48,829 nucleotides of DNA from Phoronis australis. Its lineage: Eukaryota; Animalia; Phoronida. The position numbers and the translations under genes are program-made. Within the stretch, counting starts at the first letter, position 1. Each line of letters starts with the position of its first letter. Positions 11,601 to 25,230 of the stretch are shown here, one piece after another. Where the stretch lies: assembly GCA_002633005.1 (NCBI GenBank), contig NMRA01000014.1:1852205-1901033 (forward strand), in the 5' to 3' direction. The notes under the pieces are model-generated. The model saw only the letters and a list, made by a program, of their open reading frames with translations. It was not told where the DNA came from and made no database searches.

Positions 11601-14600
11601 AGAAAGAAACTAATTAACACACAGTTTCAGAGTAGGGGGCGCGGGTTGTCAGACATAATTTGCCAAACATTTCTGTCCAGGAATGTATTAAGAAGTAGGC
11701 CCATACATTCGACTAAAAACAATTTCAGCAAGTATCCGAGCATTTGAATAAAAGTAAAATTTCGAGCTAGAAATTTTATCGCGTCAACTATATATATTTT
11801 AACGGCAGTGGCTTAAGTTATTGATTACCTCAAAATGATTCTTCGCATCAGAACACGCGCTTCAATTTCACAAACAATCAAAGAGGCATTTTGTTACAAT
11901 TGCCATTTCAACTAGAAATCGATAATTTGCTCGCAACCACCGACGAATCAGCGTAGTATAAAAATGGTTCCAAGTGATCAGTGCAATGGGCCCACCCAAG
12001 CGGCCTGCGCATGTCTGGTACTATGTGTACCAGACCGTATGCAATTAACATTTTTTAATGTATATGACTCACGAAAGAGGTAGCTGGGATCATATAGTTG
12101 TATGCTGGGATTTAAAGGAAATGTCATAAACTTCACTTACTCGGGATCGGTCATAACGAGTTTGTGTACCCACATTTGTTGTGTTGAGCTAAGACATGGG
12201 TCTAGAACCGTGTAACTCTCTTCTTCGTCATAGATGAAGGAGTCGATCTGTTCCCTGTCTCGGAAAACAATTTAAATTTATTTGATTGCAGCTATACAAC
12301 TGTACGTGTACCATGTGGGATATTACGTTCACACATCCACCGTCAGCTTGGAATTGAGATTTTTCCCAAGACGACACACTTCCCTTTGAGTTTAGACATT
12401 TACTTAGTGTCTGCATCCTAAAGTGTATTTCATTACCTTTCAGCTGAGTGGTCATATTGGCTCTAAACTGTGTAATTTTTTCTCCCCTTTTCCTTTTATT
12501 TGTCATCAAGAAGTGAAATGCATGCATCAGTCCCCAACCTGGGACCGATTGTTTTTGGTGGCAAGCGAACCCATACCACGGGTGCACAGCCGTTGGCTCG
12601 GGAAGAGCCTAATTACAACTCTTCACAAATAACTTTTACCAAGCATAAAACCTTGGAACCTACTTTTTGTACGCCGTTTTGTAGATATGTGCCTGTGTGC
12701 GGCTCGGTAGTTCAGCTTCTTTGTATGTCTTTTATATGCACAAAAACACTATCATACACCACAGGATCTCTTATAATGCTTAAAGCCTCTTACGAAGGAA
12801 ACTGAGCTGCAACTACACACAGACACCCATACCACGCACCAAAACAGCTCTGGCCTACAGTTGTATGTAACACTGACATGTTCTTGTGATGCGTGGTAAG
12901 ACTACTGAGCAAAGAGGTAAGGGTCCTTTCTCCGTGGCATGTGTTCGACAAGCCCGTACAATAAAGCGTCAATCACCACCTATAGTATTTTTTTAACAAA
13001 ACTCATAATACACTTCACATTGCCGATCGAATTTTCGGTAGAAGTGAAACAGCAGTTATAATTAGTATTACTACGAGTACCTTATCTCGTTATATTGTAT
13101 GAAATCACGTTCCTCCTGCGTCACTTTTGGTCTGTCTTTGGGCTCGTACTTCTCTTCAAGGTCTTCTCTCAGGCGTTCTTCTGCTTCATGTTGCATGTAT
13201 GGGACACCTTAGAATCAATTTGAAAAGAAATTTCACATGTCTTTTATCAGAATTGTAACACGAGTTTGTCTTCCGTTGATTACAATAGTTTATAGATAGA
13301 GTTATTTTAATATCATGATAAACCGACTTTTTATCAATGACACATTTTGATAATAAAACAGCAATCCTACATAATCCTGACTTAAATTAGTAGGTACATG
13401 TATGTTTTGTATGTAGACTTGTTACAGAGCCACCTTCAGTCAATGAGGTTGACTCATCTTGAATCACGAGTAGAACTGTAGTGTGTCGATAATCTTTATC
13501 TGGATAACAATGTACCTTCGTAAACCCATTTGTTGAAGTCAAAGTTCTGAGTTGATAAAAAGTGTATGCTTGAACTTTGGCACATAAATCGCCGGTCATA
13601 TCCTTTGTTGAACTGCAGCGGAAATAAATAAAAATTGAAAGGCTTGACTGTGAACCTGAAAATGAAAAACTGACATCAGAATGATACGAGTAGGTGAAGA
13701 ATTGATCTCGCTTTCGAGAAGAAACGTGAGATTCTCATATCATTACTAATTTTAGACTTTGTAAACAAACATCTTCTCTAGTACCTGCCCCTCAAAATAT
13801 CTGTTGACGGCTTTCATCACAAGACCGTCCTTAAACAATGTTTGTTTCCTGCTCGCCCTTATTTCACTGCCCTGATATGCTTAATTAAGTAGACAACACA
13901 TTTGTTTACAATTTTCATAGACGGTGCGAGATCATTTTTGTTGTTGAAAACATGTCAGCTAAAAACCAATTCTCTTGTCAGATCCAAAATAAACTATTTT
14001 GAGTCACGCATACATTTACGGTAGGTGGCACATGAAGAAACAAAGTTTGTTTTAATTTTCGCCATGATATGATCAACGTATTGAAACGTTTCAACTTGCT
14101 CGGAAAATGTTTCGACCTACAGGGCTTCAAAAAACGACGCTAGGTGAAAGCTACTTCCAACTAAGTAAAATTATACGTATCCTTTCGCGAGCACACGGAA
14201 CTGGGTTTGGCTTTCGATCGGGGTAGATTCAAAACAGAATCGGCTACAGAATCTGAAGACCTTGGCTGGTTATATTTATGAATATTTTTCGTTTTTCGTC
14301 ATAACGATATGTACTGCACATTTAAAACAGTAACTACAAAATTTAAATAAGCGCATTCAGCCTATTAGGCTTATAAGTTACTGATTGCTATTGCACGGGT
14401 ATAATTTATAAACACCTATTGTGTTTGAAAAATGTTTCATGGACAAAAACAGATAGCTTATTGAACAAATTAACCATTAAAATCAAGCTTATCTACAAAA
14501 ATGGAGTGCAGATTCTTGGCTCCACTGTATAGTTTTCTACGTAAGCGGTAATAACACACCAAATAAGGCGCATCCTCTTCTGCATTAGACCACATAAGCA

Positions 14601-17600
14601 ACATGACCTATTTACTAATTCAATATAAGTGTACATGTACATGTACCTCCCACACTCTTTCTCCAATGGAAGTATGTACCAAATCTGAACTGACAAAATA
14701 AAGACCTTATTCTGGGTGAACAAGAATACATATATTCCTCAGTTTGAAAATGTCCTTAAATGTCATTAGTTTTAAATTTTGGTTTTGGTCTAAAAGCCTC
14801 AATCCAGGTTCCCTCGTCAATATTGAACAGAGTTGAATTCATGGTTTCTGTATCACAGAAAGACTTGAATGCAAAAACATTATTCTTATTGCACAAACTG
14901 AAAATACACGGCCTTAGTTCAGCCGGCCAGTCTTATCCCCATTGGCTTTAAACTACTACTTGCACGGTCAACCGTGTCAATTCGACGTAAAAAATATTTA
15001 TTTTCTAATAAAATTTCGGACTAGATTCCGCTCATGAACTAACCAAAAAGGTGTAATCATAAAGTTATAAAATGGCCAGGGAAATTCGTCAAAATATCTC
15101 GTATTACACAACGAAAAGAGAACAATTGAGTCATCATATGGTTGTTGATGAAAAAGTTCGTTCTCGATACATGTAGCTTGTGATTCGATCTGAGCGCTGT
15201 TGATCGAAGCTGAGTTTTTCAACTTCATTATTGGAACCTCCTGATCAGGCCAAAAAAGCATAGTTGGTCCTGGGTTGATTTGCGCAAGTCACGTACAGGC
15301 AGCTGTCCACGTGCTTCCCTAAGAATTCACGCAATACATCTTGTGAAGTACATGTATTGCACGGTCTTGCGTTTTCTAGAGGCTCTTGCATCAACGGAAA
15401 GCGCTCCTGGTCTGTGCCCCGACTCAATTTGAGACTTGGGCTCACCGACTAAAAATCGCCAACCCGCATCAACTTAGCCACAGGTCTGCTTTTTTCTAAT
15501 TGCAAAATGCACGTCAAGTAAGAGTAGGCCTAAGCAAGGTTTGAATCGCCACGAATTGCCAAGCAATTAGTAAAAGAAAAACAAATCCCGAGTCATTGTT
15601 GCTCGTCTCGGGGTGGATTTACATTTGGAAAATTGAGCAAATATACAATCGCCGTACCACCAACTCTATCTTTCAAAAAACAAAGACCAGACTCAACGGT
15701 GCTTATTTGGCCTAACGGGGCTATTCAATGCTTCGCTCTCATTCGCATTGTCTGGCTTGTCTTTTGTTCTCAGCGACTTGTCATGATAGTTTTCGTTTAG
15801 CCAGTTGGCTACTTATCAACATTGTTCAATCGGATGTTACAAGCGTGACTATTAAAGTACTCTAAGACGACTATAAGAAACGCAAACCTGTTCCTAGCCT
15901 CATCGTAGGTGAACGTAGTCAGACCAAACTGCACAAGTTGAAAATTCTTCGCTTTGTTTCTGACCTCTTCATAGTACTTGTCCACACTGGCCTTTCGAGA
16001 AATATAGCCCGGCAGCGATTTCCCTGTAAGACCAGTAGAAAACTAAAATCCCTCATCAAACTGGCGGACCCAGCTGTGACAGAGTGGGCAGTCCTGCAAC
16101 ACTGGCCAAATGCCCGTGACACCTCCAAAAAGGTGCTGGTAGGCTGCACGGTAGCCGGAGAGTGGGGGGGGGGGGAGTCAGGACGTTAGACCCATAAATC
16201 CGCCTTTTACCGTTTCCCGGAGATCAAAAGATTTCATTAAAATCACCAGTGTTTGTTAACTGCTTATACAGTACATGTATATCTGTTTCTTTGGCTAATC
16301 ATAAATTGTCTACATTTGAAAAGCGGAACCAGCTTGCGCTCAACAACAAACACGAAGATAATTGAAATGCTAAAAACACACAGATATTTAACGAAGTGGT
16401 GGGGAGGTATGCAAGTAGCTGAGCAAAATTATCTCTTTTTCTAATGAAGGATGCAGAGAAAGGAATTCTAAGGAAAAGCTTATTTGGTTTACAACCATGT
16501 TCACAGCTATTTGTTTTCAGGCAGTCTCCCATAAATACGATAGTTAACTTACGTGTGTAGATTCCGCAACGATGTCAATTAATTGTTTTGTCGGATGAAT
16601 ATAAATTGACAAGTCCCGACGTGAACACCTTTGGTCCCAATGTGATACATTATAGCCCTTGACGTGAAAAATGTTTGGTCCTGACGTCATGAAATTTTGG
16701 TCTTGGATTGTATTTTTGCCTCGCAGACGGAGTGAAAATAAAGTTTCGGATTGTTCTTAGTTCTTGCATTAGTGAGGTAAGACATTCAATCCCCTATACA
16801 TGTACATGTATGGTGCGTCGCCTTTGTCCATGAGTGGCGCAGCATTGAAATAAGTGAGAGGCTATAGCACCCCCACCCCAGTCCCCTATGGTACCCTGCC
16901 CATGTTACTTTAAATACATGTATAACCCAGTGCAATCGCTTTATGGTGTAGACAGTGCATTGTGGAACGATTATGCGACTTGGACCAGGCCTACCACAGC
17001 CAGGTGTTATTGAGAGAGCGCGTGCACAGCAGTCGCAACTGAATATGCATAAGTTCCTCAAGTCATTCACATGCTGGCAGTACATGTAGAATCCAAACAA
17101 AAAAAAAAACAGCCGCCGTCTCTTCTGGTTTATTCTGAAGCTTTCATCCACACATTGGTAAGCAGAACTGCTGGGAGATAGAAGCTGAACGCGCGAAGTT
17201 AAAAAAATGAAAAAAGCAGAAACAGCTAGTAGTCATGGGAAATAAAGGTTACCTGTAAACTCAGTGTCAATGGCTATGAAAGAAGCTTCATCGATGGCTT
17301 CGAAGATTTCCGGCAAGTGCTCGTCAAAGTCTGTAAAGATATCATTTGAATCTGACAGTGTTCGGCATTACACCTCGCTTTGTTAGTTGCTCGGCCGGCT
17401 GAGACAAATTTGAATCTTCAGGTGCGTTTCCCGTTTGAATGTGCGAACGCGTACATTGCAGGTGGCAGATTGTTGCCGGGGAACTGTCCGACCACGGCCA
17501 AAGAACGGATATCGAAGAAGTCCAATTCCTCAACAGTTCTACTGGGTTTCTTATTAACTACTACAGTCAACCTTCGCATGGTGTTCAAAATTTATTGTGC

Positions 17601-20126
17601 ATACAAGTATAATTGTGACCCAGCACCACAAAACCAGTCTTAAGAAGGGATTTGTCATTTTTGTGATAGTTGTTTTTTCTGAAAATACAGTATTTTCTGA
17701 TCATTTCTGAAACATGTCTTTACCTCAACAAATGGCCGAGATATTGCCATTTCTAGTCGAGGAATGCAAAAATTTAGAGCTTACAAAAGTTTAGGAAAAT
17801 GACCGAGAAAAAGTGGTATTAGTGTCTTTTTTCCATAGCAACCTGCAATTGAGTGTTACATTTAGACTATTATTTTACAAAACATCATAAACAAATAAAA
17901 TTAATCAAAAATTAGAAAAAAATATTCACATAATTACGTTCCAAGATGGCCACCATTCCATGATAATGCATTGCGAAGTGGTCACCATGTAAATGAAAGA
18001 GATTCCTGCTTAGAAAAAGGGAGAGTTTTTTAAAATGAGCTGAAACTATTCACATGAAATCATATTAATTAAATTTAAAAATATAAGTTTTCTCTCTTTA
18101 AAATGTTTTGCTATAGCAACTCATAATTCAAAATGGCCGCCAAAAAACTTGAATATATAAATGTAGTTAACCAATTGCCAGTTATCATAGACATGTTAAT
18201 CTCTTCAAGATTGAGGCACTGTTGAAGGCATAAAGTATAATTACAGGTTGTCATGGTGACTAATTCAAGATGACTGTCATTGAAGTTTAATGGCTATTCG
18301 AAAGAGGGTTTTGAGGAGATTTGTAAGCAACTGTTAGATATGAAAACGAAACATCAACTCCTAACGTGCGACACGAGAATAACGCAAAGTATGGTCCATT
18401 AACTTAACACTGGCATAAAGTAAGCCCCTTAATTCAAAATTTAACAAACAACTACTGTCGAGCTTAGGACAGCCCAAATTCATCAAATCTTATGCATCTT
18501 AAAAATAGATATTACACTGTTTCTTAGAAATGGTTATGAGTCATCGGGAAATTCGAGCGCCTGTGTCAGCTACACGGCCATCAGCTCAGCCACCTTTCTG
18601 TCTTGTCAACATAACGTGACCTCGCGACCCCACAATTTCACGCCCACTTAACAAGTTCCAGCAAATGAGGTCGCTAGCTAAAAGACTAGTGAGCGGCACT
18701 TCTGTTGGATTTACCCCGAGTGCAAAAAGTGAAATTACGACAAGCAGTGCTGCAGTGGTAAAATTAGAGGTAAGTAGGCGCCCAAAGCCTACTCTACCAC
18801 CCTGAGCACTAAACATAACTTTCGGTGCGTAGGCGCTACGTTCAAATGCCAAAAGATGGTTGGCTGCGCCTACGTGCGCCTACCCTCCACTACCGTACTG
18901 ACGACAAATGATTGGACGAAAAACTCACAGAGCTTACTACATGCATAATAAACAAAGTTTGATGTTTCTCTTGATGTTTATGAGTGAACGGGGTCATCGG
19001 CTGCCTGAACCATGCAGTCACGAATATCGGCAAATTTTGACGAAAATTTCACGAACTATACAGTTGCGGAGACGGTGATGTTTTTCAAAATGAAATTAGT
19101 AAGGTTTGAAATGAAGTTTACTTGTTTTAAAGCCATTTTTGTGAAGTAGAATGAATAAATAATCATAATCTGCAATAAAGAATTTTTGACTTAATTTGCA
19201 CCGAAAGCGATTGTTTGTAGTCTGGTCAGGAAATAGAGTTTCCGGCTTACTAAGACTCATTTTGTGGTGGGTCACAATTATTATATGATTTATCACTCGA
19301 ACCAACTACCTAAATTATATACTTTTATCACAACCTCAATCCGATTGTGCAATTTTTACTGATAAGGAAACTCAGTTAAGTTCAACCATGCGTTTATTTT
19401 GAACAGCACAAGGTTATCAGCTTCACTGAGCTCAAATTTTTAAAATCTGATAATCACACGAATGTTAGGCGGTACAATAAGTATTTTGCATGTGCCAAGC
19501 CTATAAGTGCACGGTCTTGCCTTCATTCTATATGTACATATGCATCCTTTTCCGCCATCATTTTGTCATCAGCTTTGTAGTTGGGCTTTTGAATGCCGAG
19601 TGATTCTAAGAAATACTGATTCTAGGAAATTTCAGGGTATGCCTTGATTTTATAGTTTTCCAGAATTTTAGTTCTTACAAACTTGTATTCTTTGTAGTGG
19701 TGCCTAAAGTATAATTAGAAAGAACACGGTACAGTGTAATGTTGCCCTGTAAGTCATGTGCCAAAATGGAACCATGGCACTATTGAGGTACACAACATCA
19801 TACACAACTTTTTACGGCCTCGACCAGACAAAATCGACAGCTACATGTCGCTTTTAAGGTTGCGCGAAATTTTTTCCATAGAGCATTGTGGTGACCCCCC
19901 GCTNTTTTAAGACTGACCCAAGCGGATACGAGTGAAAACGTGTTCTATGTTTGGCTGTCAAAGACGCTTTTTCAGTTACCGACCAATCCCTCACATACAC
20001 CCAGACGACGGAAGTAGGCCTATACATGGAGCCTCCCATTGTAAGAATTCCGGGACACAGCCGAAACTTTTATCAAGTACAGACATTTTGAGCCCATAGT
20101 AACTCACTTGAACGCACAATTTCCAT
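5575..20126 (-). CDS. PARN: PARN-like deadenylase, copy B (complete, 13 coding exons, 441 aa, no RRM)
   Basis: join(complement) 20108-20126, 17253-17330, 15888-16023, 13516-13655, 13081-13207, 12141-12254, 11297-11420, 10038-10094, 8614-8691, 8137-8299, 7358-7462, 6134-6197, 5575-5695 = 1326 nt, open frame, all introns GT-AG. Motifs: [94 protein letters not shown]. Confidence 0.92.
5700..5930. repeat. (AAT/GAT)n low-complexity trinucleotide repeat
   Basis: aataatgataataat... tract; source of spurious poly-N/I/M ORFs. Confidence 0.9.
6134..6197 (-). CDS. PARN: Copy B exon 12 ([21 protein letters not shown])
   Basis: tag/gtaagt, 64 nt; aligns to human SARSKLIEPFFNK and copy C exon 12. Confidence 0.82.
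7358..7462 (-). CDS. PARN: Copy B exon 11 ([34 protein letters not shown])
   Basis: cag/gtaa, 105 nt, ExoIII H-x4-D motif. Confidence 0.92.
8137..8299 (-). CDS. PARN: Copy B exon 10 ([28 protein letters not shown]...RRPFRRPAY)
   Basis: cag/gt, 163 nt, FP..IDTK motif. Confidence 0.9.
8614..8691 (-). CDS. PARN: Copy B exon 9 ([26 protein letters not shown])
   Basis: cag/gt, 78 nt, ExoII GHN..LD motif. Confidence 0.92.
8794..9722. mobile_element. Non-autonomous DNA transposon (CAGTGGCGGAT-type TIR), 929 bp, 5-bp TSD
   Basis: Left CAGTGGCGGATCTAG, right end reverse-complements to CATAGGCGGATTTAAG; TSD CACAT at 8789-8793 and 9723-9727; lies in intron 8 of copy B. Confidence 0.8.
8983..9046 (-). 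mobile_element. tRNA-derived (SINE-head-like) segment inside the MITE
   Basis: Minus strand has A-box-like TGCAGTGGTAAAGC and B-box GTTCGAGTC at tRNA-like spacing; no intact acceptor stem. Confidence 0.45.
10038..10094 (-). CDS. PARN: Copy B exon 8 ([19 protein letters not shown])
   Basis: cag/gtaag, 57 nt; human EELNDAVGFSRVIHAIANS. Confidence 0.9.
11297..11420 (-). CDS. PARN: Copy B exon 7 ([22 protein letters not shown]...)
   Basis: tag/gtaagt, 124 nt, homologous to copy C exon 7. Confidence 0.87.
12141..12254 (-). CDS. PARN: Copy B exon 6 (R3H region; [33 protein letters not shown])
   Basis: cag/gtaagt, 114 nt, same length as copy C exon 6. Confidence 0.85.
13081..13207 (-). CDS. PARN: Copy B exon 5 ([20 protein letters not shown]...)
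   Basis: aag/gt, 127 nt, GVPY motif. Confidence 0.87.
13516..13655 (-). CDS. PARN: Copy B exon 4 ([47 protein letters not shown])
   Basis: ttttcag/gt, 140 nt, conserved CAF1-family motifs. Confidence 0.9.
15888..16023 (-). CDS. PARN: Copy B exon 3 ([45 protein letters not shown])
   Basis: cag/gt, 136 nt, QFGL motif. Confidence 0.88.
16612..16705. repeat. Degenerate ~21-22 bp minisatellite
   Basis: About 4 imperfect units of ggtccc-gacgtga-a-a-ttt. Confidence 0.5.
17253..17330 (-). CDS. PARN: Copy B exon 2 ([26 protein letters not shown])
   Basis: cag/gt boundaries, 78 nt, DxE motif. Confidence 0.9.
17614..19276. mobile_element. TIR DNA element (TGTGACC...GGTCACA), ~1.66 kb, non-autonomous
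   Basis: Left TGTGACCCAGCACCACAAAACCAGTCTTA; right end reverse-complements to TGTGACCCACCACAAAATGAGTCTTA; AT-rich palindromic flanks; no long ORF; in intron 1 of copy B. Confidence 0.75.
20108..20126 (-). CDS. PARN: Copy B exon 1 (MEIVRS-N)
   Basis: ATGGAAATTGTGCGTTCAA|gtgag; nearly identical to human PARN MEIIRSN. Confidence 0.88.
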
Positions 20127-21290
20127 TCTGTAGGTTAATCAGCGCAATGCCTTCACTGAACTGTTCGCATTGAACTTCCTGAAGTCCACTACTTATCACT
20201 GATCGCGTTGCTCTTAAATGGAAACAATGACTCTGGGTTTTCCCGTTGCTTTGGTTGTGAAATAGCGACATGAGCTGTTTTCTGGGAAATTAGGCACGAG
20301 TGCAGGCGCGTTATGGGAGTGCAACAAGACGCAAACGCATGATAGGCTGAAGTGCACCACTGTCAAGAATATCTCAATTCTACTTTTGATTCACTTACAA
20401 TGTACTTTCGTGTAAAGTTACACCGTCCAACCCACTGTGCAACAGTTGATTGTGTGTCAGGTATATTTAAGGGTATTCCTTGTACATTATTTATTTTGTG
20501 TTTCTTCTATGCAAGGTGATTCAATTGTTCAGGAGCAGTGGCAGAGAATGAATAACATTGGGCTTGAGGTGTTATAAAGGTCAACAAAGCGGGATAATAG
20601 CAATGCTATAATCTGAGTGTTAGGGCAAACACCCTCGGTTTGAGTCGACATACCAGCACAAGAGTGAAAAAATAATAACAAATTGAGTTACATATACCAC
20701 TGTTCTATTCATTTATTAGTGTCGTTTGCTCAGGTATTATAGCCCTGTCTAACTACGTCAGATTCAGAAAAAAAAAACATTTACAGTAACAATTGTGGAA
20801 GGTCAAATGAAAACATAGGTCTGGCGAGCGATATCCGAGGTGATTTGAAAATCAATAATAAAACCAATGAAACAATAGTAATACATAGATGCGCGAAGTA
20901 ATGGGTTTTCAGACCTGTTAGTGTAGTCAGGCAAGAAGAAATAATTCAATTTTCGAAGAAAATGTGATGAAAGACCTCTGGACTTTCAGCTTACCGGGCT
21001 TTCAAAATTGAATAGCCACGCACTAACACGCCAGACGGCGATCAAGGTAGAGTTCAATTACATTAGGACTTAGCTAGAAAAGCAAGACTTCGTGAGATTA
21101 CGCGACATATTGCAGTGTATTTCAAATGAGAACATGCACTTGATTTTGGTTAGATTTTTTCGCTAGCCGCGAGACAGCTACTGAACTCTATCCAGGTCTT
21201 TGGTGGACAGTCGTTCAGTGCCACTTATAAACCCCATATCTAATGAAGTAGACGGGACGGTGGATTTCAAGAAACTTTCCTGCTATTTTA

Positions 21291-21450
21291 ATGCCGGCAA
21301 ATTTCCATTGTTGTGTGGTGGAATGTTCTAATACCTTACGAAATAGCAAACCTTTTGAAATATCGATGACTTTGTTGAAAACACAACTAAAATGTTTGCT
21401 TGAACGCTTGATACAGTGCCGGTGTCGAATCAATCTCCTATGTGTGCAGC
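21291..21450 (+). pseudogene. Possible degenerate THAP zinc-finger start (transposon relic)
   Basis: MPANFHCCVVECSN resembles the THAP N-terminal M-P-x-C-C-V-x-x-C-x-N; downstream W/CxxHF motifs not found. Confidence 0.25.
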
Positions 21451-24400
21451 TACATGTACTTGATGTAGCAAAACGGCCGATAAAGGTAACAAACAAATTA
21501 AAACTGTTAACACTATATATTTCGAGACTGTGGCATACCTCATCATCAGTCAATAAAAGGAATGAAGATTATACGAAAGGAAAGGATGAAATACGCGTGG
21601 CAGCGCGGGAAGAGGGGCATGCCAGCCTGAAGCCGGCTGCGGGTGAATGCAGCACACAGTACGAAGCCCACAAGCCCGAAGCAGAACCAGCGTGCGGTCG
21701 GTACTCAACTGTGAGCTGCTCATTCAACACAGTTTTTCATGACAGACTCAGTGATTCCAAAATCTTCAAGTTAGCCGAAACAACTGAGGTGTCAATTTCA
21801 ACGTAGTGAGCGACCATATTGTCTACTTCTTCATCCCCTAGTTATTTTTCGACCATGTTGGCGTACACAATTATCTTGAATGGACCTGCACTGCATGTGC
21901 ATGGACAACTGTCGCGAGAGAGAACACCTGTGTGTCCTATGCAACGCTGTTCACGAGAATGAGGACGAAGACATTCGTGCATATGACAGTGGATTGGAAA
22001 ACAACATTACATTTGGCCAGTGGTCGTAATCTCATGTTTTTCATTACAACGGGTGACGTGACTTTATATATTCTGATAATAAATAACAACATCCAATCTA
22101 TCACCGGGTTTGACCACCTTAACATTATCCCTTTCAATCTTTATGAGCACATGTTCGTCACTCAGATAATTATTAGATATACATTTTTTATAATACTGAC
22201 GTTCTTGGTGGTACTAGTACAAGGTTCATTGTCAACATGAGACTCAATCCTAGATATGAAAGACTTAAGGCTGTTATCAGGAAGAGATAACCAGGAAGGG
22301 ACAACTAGCTAAACCGCCGTTTTTGGCCTCCTTAACCGGACTTATTTCAAGACGTAAGTTTCGTTTAACTTAAAGGAAACAGATGATTTCATCAGAGAGA
22401 TTAAAGCTTTTTCTATAGAAGGATATCAAAAAAACTCACTTTCCAACCTTAAACAGTGGTGAAATTGTACGCAATCGCAACTTCCCACACGCAGTCACGG
22501 GTATTTAAGCTTTTCCGTCGATGTATACATGTAGATGGCGCAGTAGTCAAGTACTCCCTCATTTGCATATCAAATTTGCTTGTGGGAGTTCTGAGACTCT
22601 CGTCAGTTGTTGCGGTCGAGCGCTTGAGTGGATAAAGCGGTGACCTCCCGCTGAGAGCACGTGCTGATGAAGACACCACAGCTAACTCGATCGCTTCGCA
22701 ATCTGGAGGTGAAAACACTGCAGTTCTAAATTCCCGAAAGCAAGCCCTATTTCGAGGAGCGGACTTTGAATTGACTTTGAAGACTTCGAATACTGATCAG
22801 AGAGAAAATTCAAGAGAACTTTAACAACTCGGTATCTGTGTATGGTTTACCATTTGAGGTCCCTGGCCAGGGCAATTGTTGTTAGGGTCTCCGTTTTTGC
22901 AGCATAGGTCGTCTACGAGCCCTTGAAAATGTGCACTTAATCATTCATACATGTATTTCGAAAATTCGAGAAAATTTGTAAAGCAAAAGTTTTGCGGAGC
23001 GTATTAATTCAGTCCAAGTTTTTCAGTGGTCCATAGGCGGTGCACTACAAGGGGCTGAGGGGGCTTTAGCCCCCACTTTTTCAGTGCTGCGCCCTCTATA
23101 CACCTCCGACATGACACTGCCAACTACTCATGAGGGGAAGTTGAGATTCCAAATTCATCAAAAACACAAAACATTCGTGCACAGCACAGAAGCTGTCTTG
23201 TAAGAAATGGCGATGCGTCACTGAACTTAGTTGAAGGCTGAAGGCTGACTTGCAAAAAATTTGATCCATCATCAGACCACCATAACGCAAAGAAGGACAC
23301 TAAAGGATAACAGTTATATTCATGAATGTCGGGCAGCTCTAAATGCCTTATTAAATTAAAAACTAGACTAATGAAATTCAAAAATTTACAAACCGTAGAT
23401 CGAAAAAGAAGTTCAAGTCATTGCTCATAAATTTGGAAAGGTTGTCTTTGCACTTCCTTGATGCTTGTAGCTCCCAATAGTATTGTGCAAGGAATTTAGG
23501 TTCTTCTAAACCGAATCGTTTGCTTGCCATTCCCGTGCATACTGCAAAGGCTGGACACGTCGTGACTCAGTGACGCATCCACGTTAAAAATAAGGTGTAG
23601 TCATGCAGTAGGCTGCCCGCGTAGAATCTGCGCACAGTAATTGACGGGAAAAGACTACTTGAACTGCAGGGGTGAAGTGTGTGCATTTTTGGGCGACGCG
23701 TTCATTTTCCCCAGCCTCCCGGCAGAAGCCACCAGTGGCCGTGTTTCAACAACGAATTTTGATACAGCTCTATAGGCCAAGGATTTCGGGATCGTATCTT
23801 TCAAAAAAAATCTTCAGGAAATGACCGTATTAAAATGAACTTTTCCCGAAACTGGGTCAAAAAACGACCTTGGAGCCAGAACACGGGGACAGGTTCGAGT
23901 TAAGCCGCACGTCTCAAATGAATCATAGCGGAGCTGACCAGCGACTAGCATTAGTTCGTTGAGCTGCGCATGCATGGATCAGACTTCCCAGAGACGCCAC
24001 GACACCGGCCACCGAGGCGGGAGCAGGCTAATTTCTTGACTAACACCTGCTTTTAAATCTGGATTTAAGCAAAATGACGAAGTCCACGCAAGCGAATCCA
24101 AATACAATTAAATGTATTTTCATTTGAAAACATTCAATGTTCTTTGAACAATGACTTGTGTGAGTTCTTAATTTTCTTAGTACCCAATCAGGTAGAACTG
24201 CGTTTCAAGTCATTCACTATAGGGCACGGTATGACGTCATATGACGTAGGAGATTCGAGCCTCATTTGCATATATTAGTGACATCTGTTGGTTCAAAAAA
24301 GAGGATCACGCCCGAGTACAAGCCTGGGAAGAGGTATCTTTCGGAAGAGTAAAACAAGTCATGTTCAAATCATCCTAGTGCCATTAATATGCAGTCTTTG

Positions 24401-25013
24401 GGAACCAAGGTGGTGTCATTTTGTAGCTAAAGAGTTAAGCTTTCAAATACAATGCTTGAATTCCAGACGACTTTATCAATTAGTTTTGATATCACCTTTG
24501 AAAACACGTTGAAATGCGCTAAAACAGTTGGCCCTTCCTGGTTATCTCTTCCTGCTGTTATCAATAGAAGAATTACTATATAGTCTAGTTGCCAAAAAGT
24601 TGACCCTGCAATGTTGTTTAATGTTAAGTTTCCTTTTGGAAATTTATTATATGTGGTTAGAAGAAAAAATTAACTTGGTTGCACTTTGTGCAACTTTGAG
24701 CATTTTTTATAATTCTAGATGGCGGCTTTCGCCATCTTGAATTTCCCTAATTTCCACACTCTGAATATGATACGGTGTAGGTATAGGTCAAATCTCTGAA
24801 ATGTTGCAATATGTCAGAAATACTACTATTCCACTTCTCCATTTGAGTCTTTGCGTCTACTGGCATTAGACGTCCCATAAATCAAGAGCTCGGAGATGTC
24901 AGTGTTGTCACAAGTGATTCTGATGGTGTGGGTGCCTTCTTCTACCACTTTCAACATTTACCTATACAGCGTCTGCTTCAGAATGAGAAATTAGACAGTG
25001 GCTCTTATTGACC

Positions 25014-25230
25014 CGCTCGAACGAGCCCCCCATTTGGCAAAGAGGGCAAAATGTCAGCCTCAAAACAACAAAAAATCCGAGAAAATGAGAAAAAAGTCCA
25101 CTAAAAAGACGTGGATGCACAATTCACAGCCCTGAACGTGATATCCCATTTTAGTCCCATGTTTTTTGTTTGTAAAAGGTCCACATTGCCAAAAATTCCA
25201 GCCCCCATATTTTAGACTGGGTGTGCGCAT
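25014..25230 (+). mobile_element. 5'-truncated copy of the 2547..2808 MITE
   Basis: Shared blocks gctcgaacgagcccc, aaaagtccactaaaa, aaaaggtccacat and a tgggtgtgcgcat terminus. Confidence 0.75.

Noticed and set aside
13785-14684. Two AG..GT-bounded candidate micro-exons (13785-13800, 16 nt; 14647-14684, 38 nt) in intron 3 of copy B
   Set aside because: Exons 3 and 4 already join in frame and match PARN. Each candidate alone shifts the frame, and copy C has no counterpart. Together they are in frame (54 nt), probably by chance.
20390-20470. Non-coding first exon and TATA-like box for copy B
   Set aside because: A donor-like ATT|GTAAGT (~20398) and a cag just before the ATG are suggestive, but this cannot be supported without transcript data
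21291-21806. 171-aa ORF as a functional THAP gene
   Set aside because: Only the first CCxxxC motif is recognisable; the rest of the THAP signature is missing
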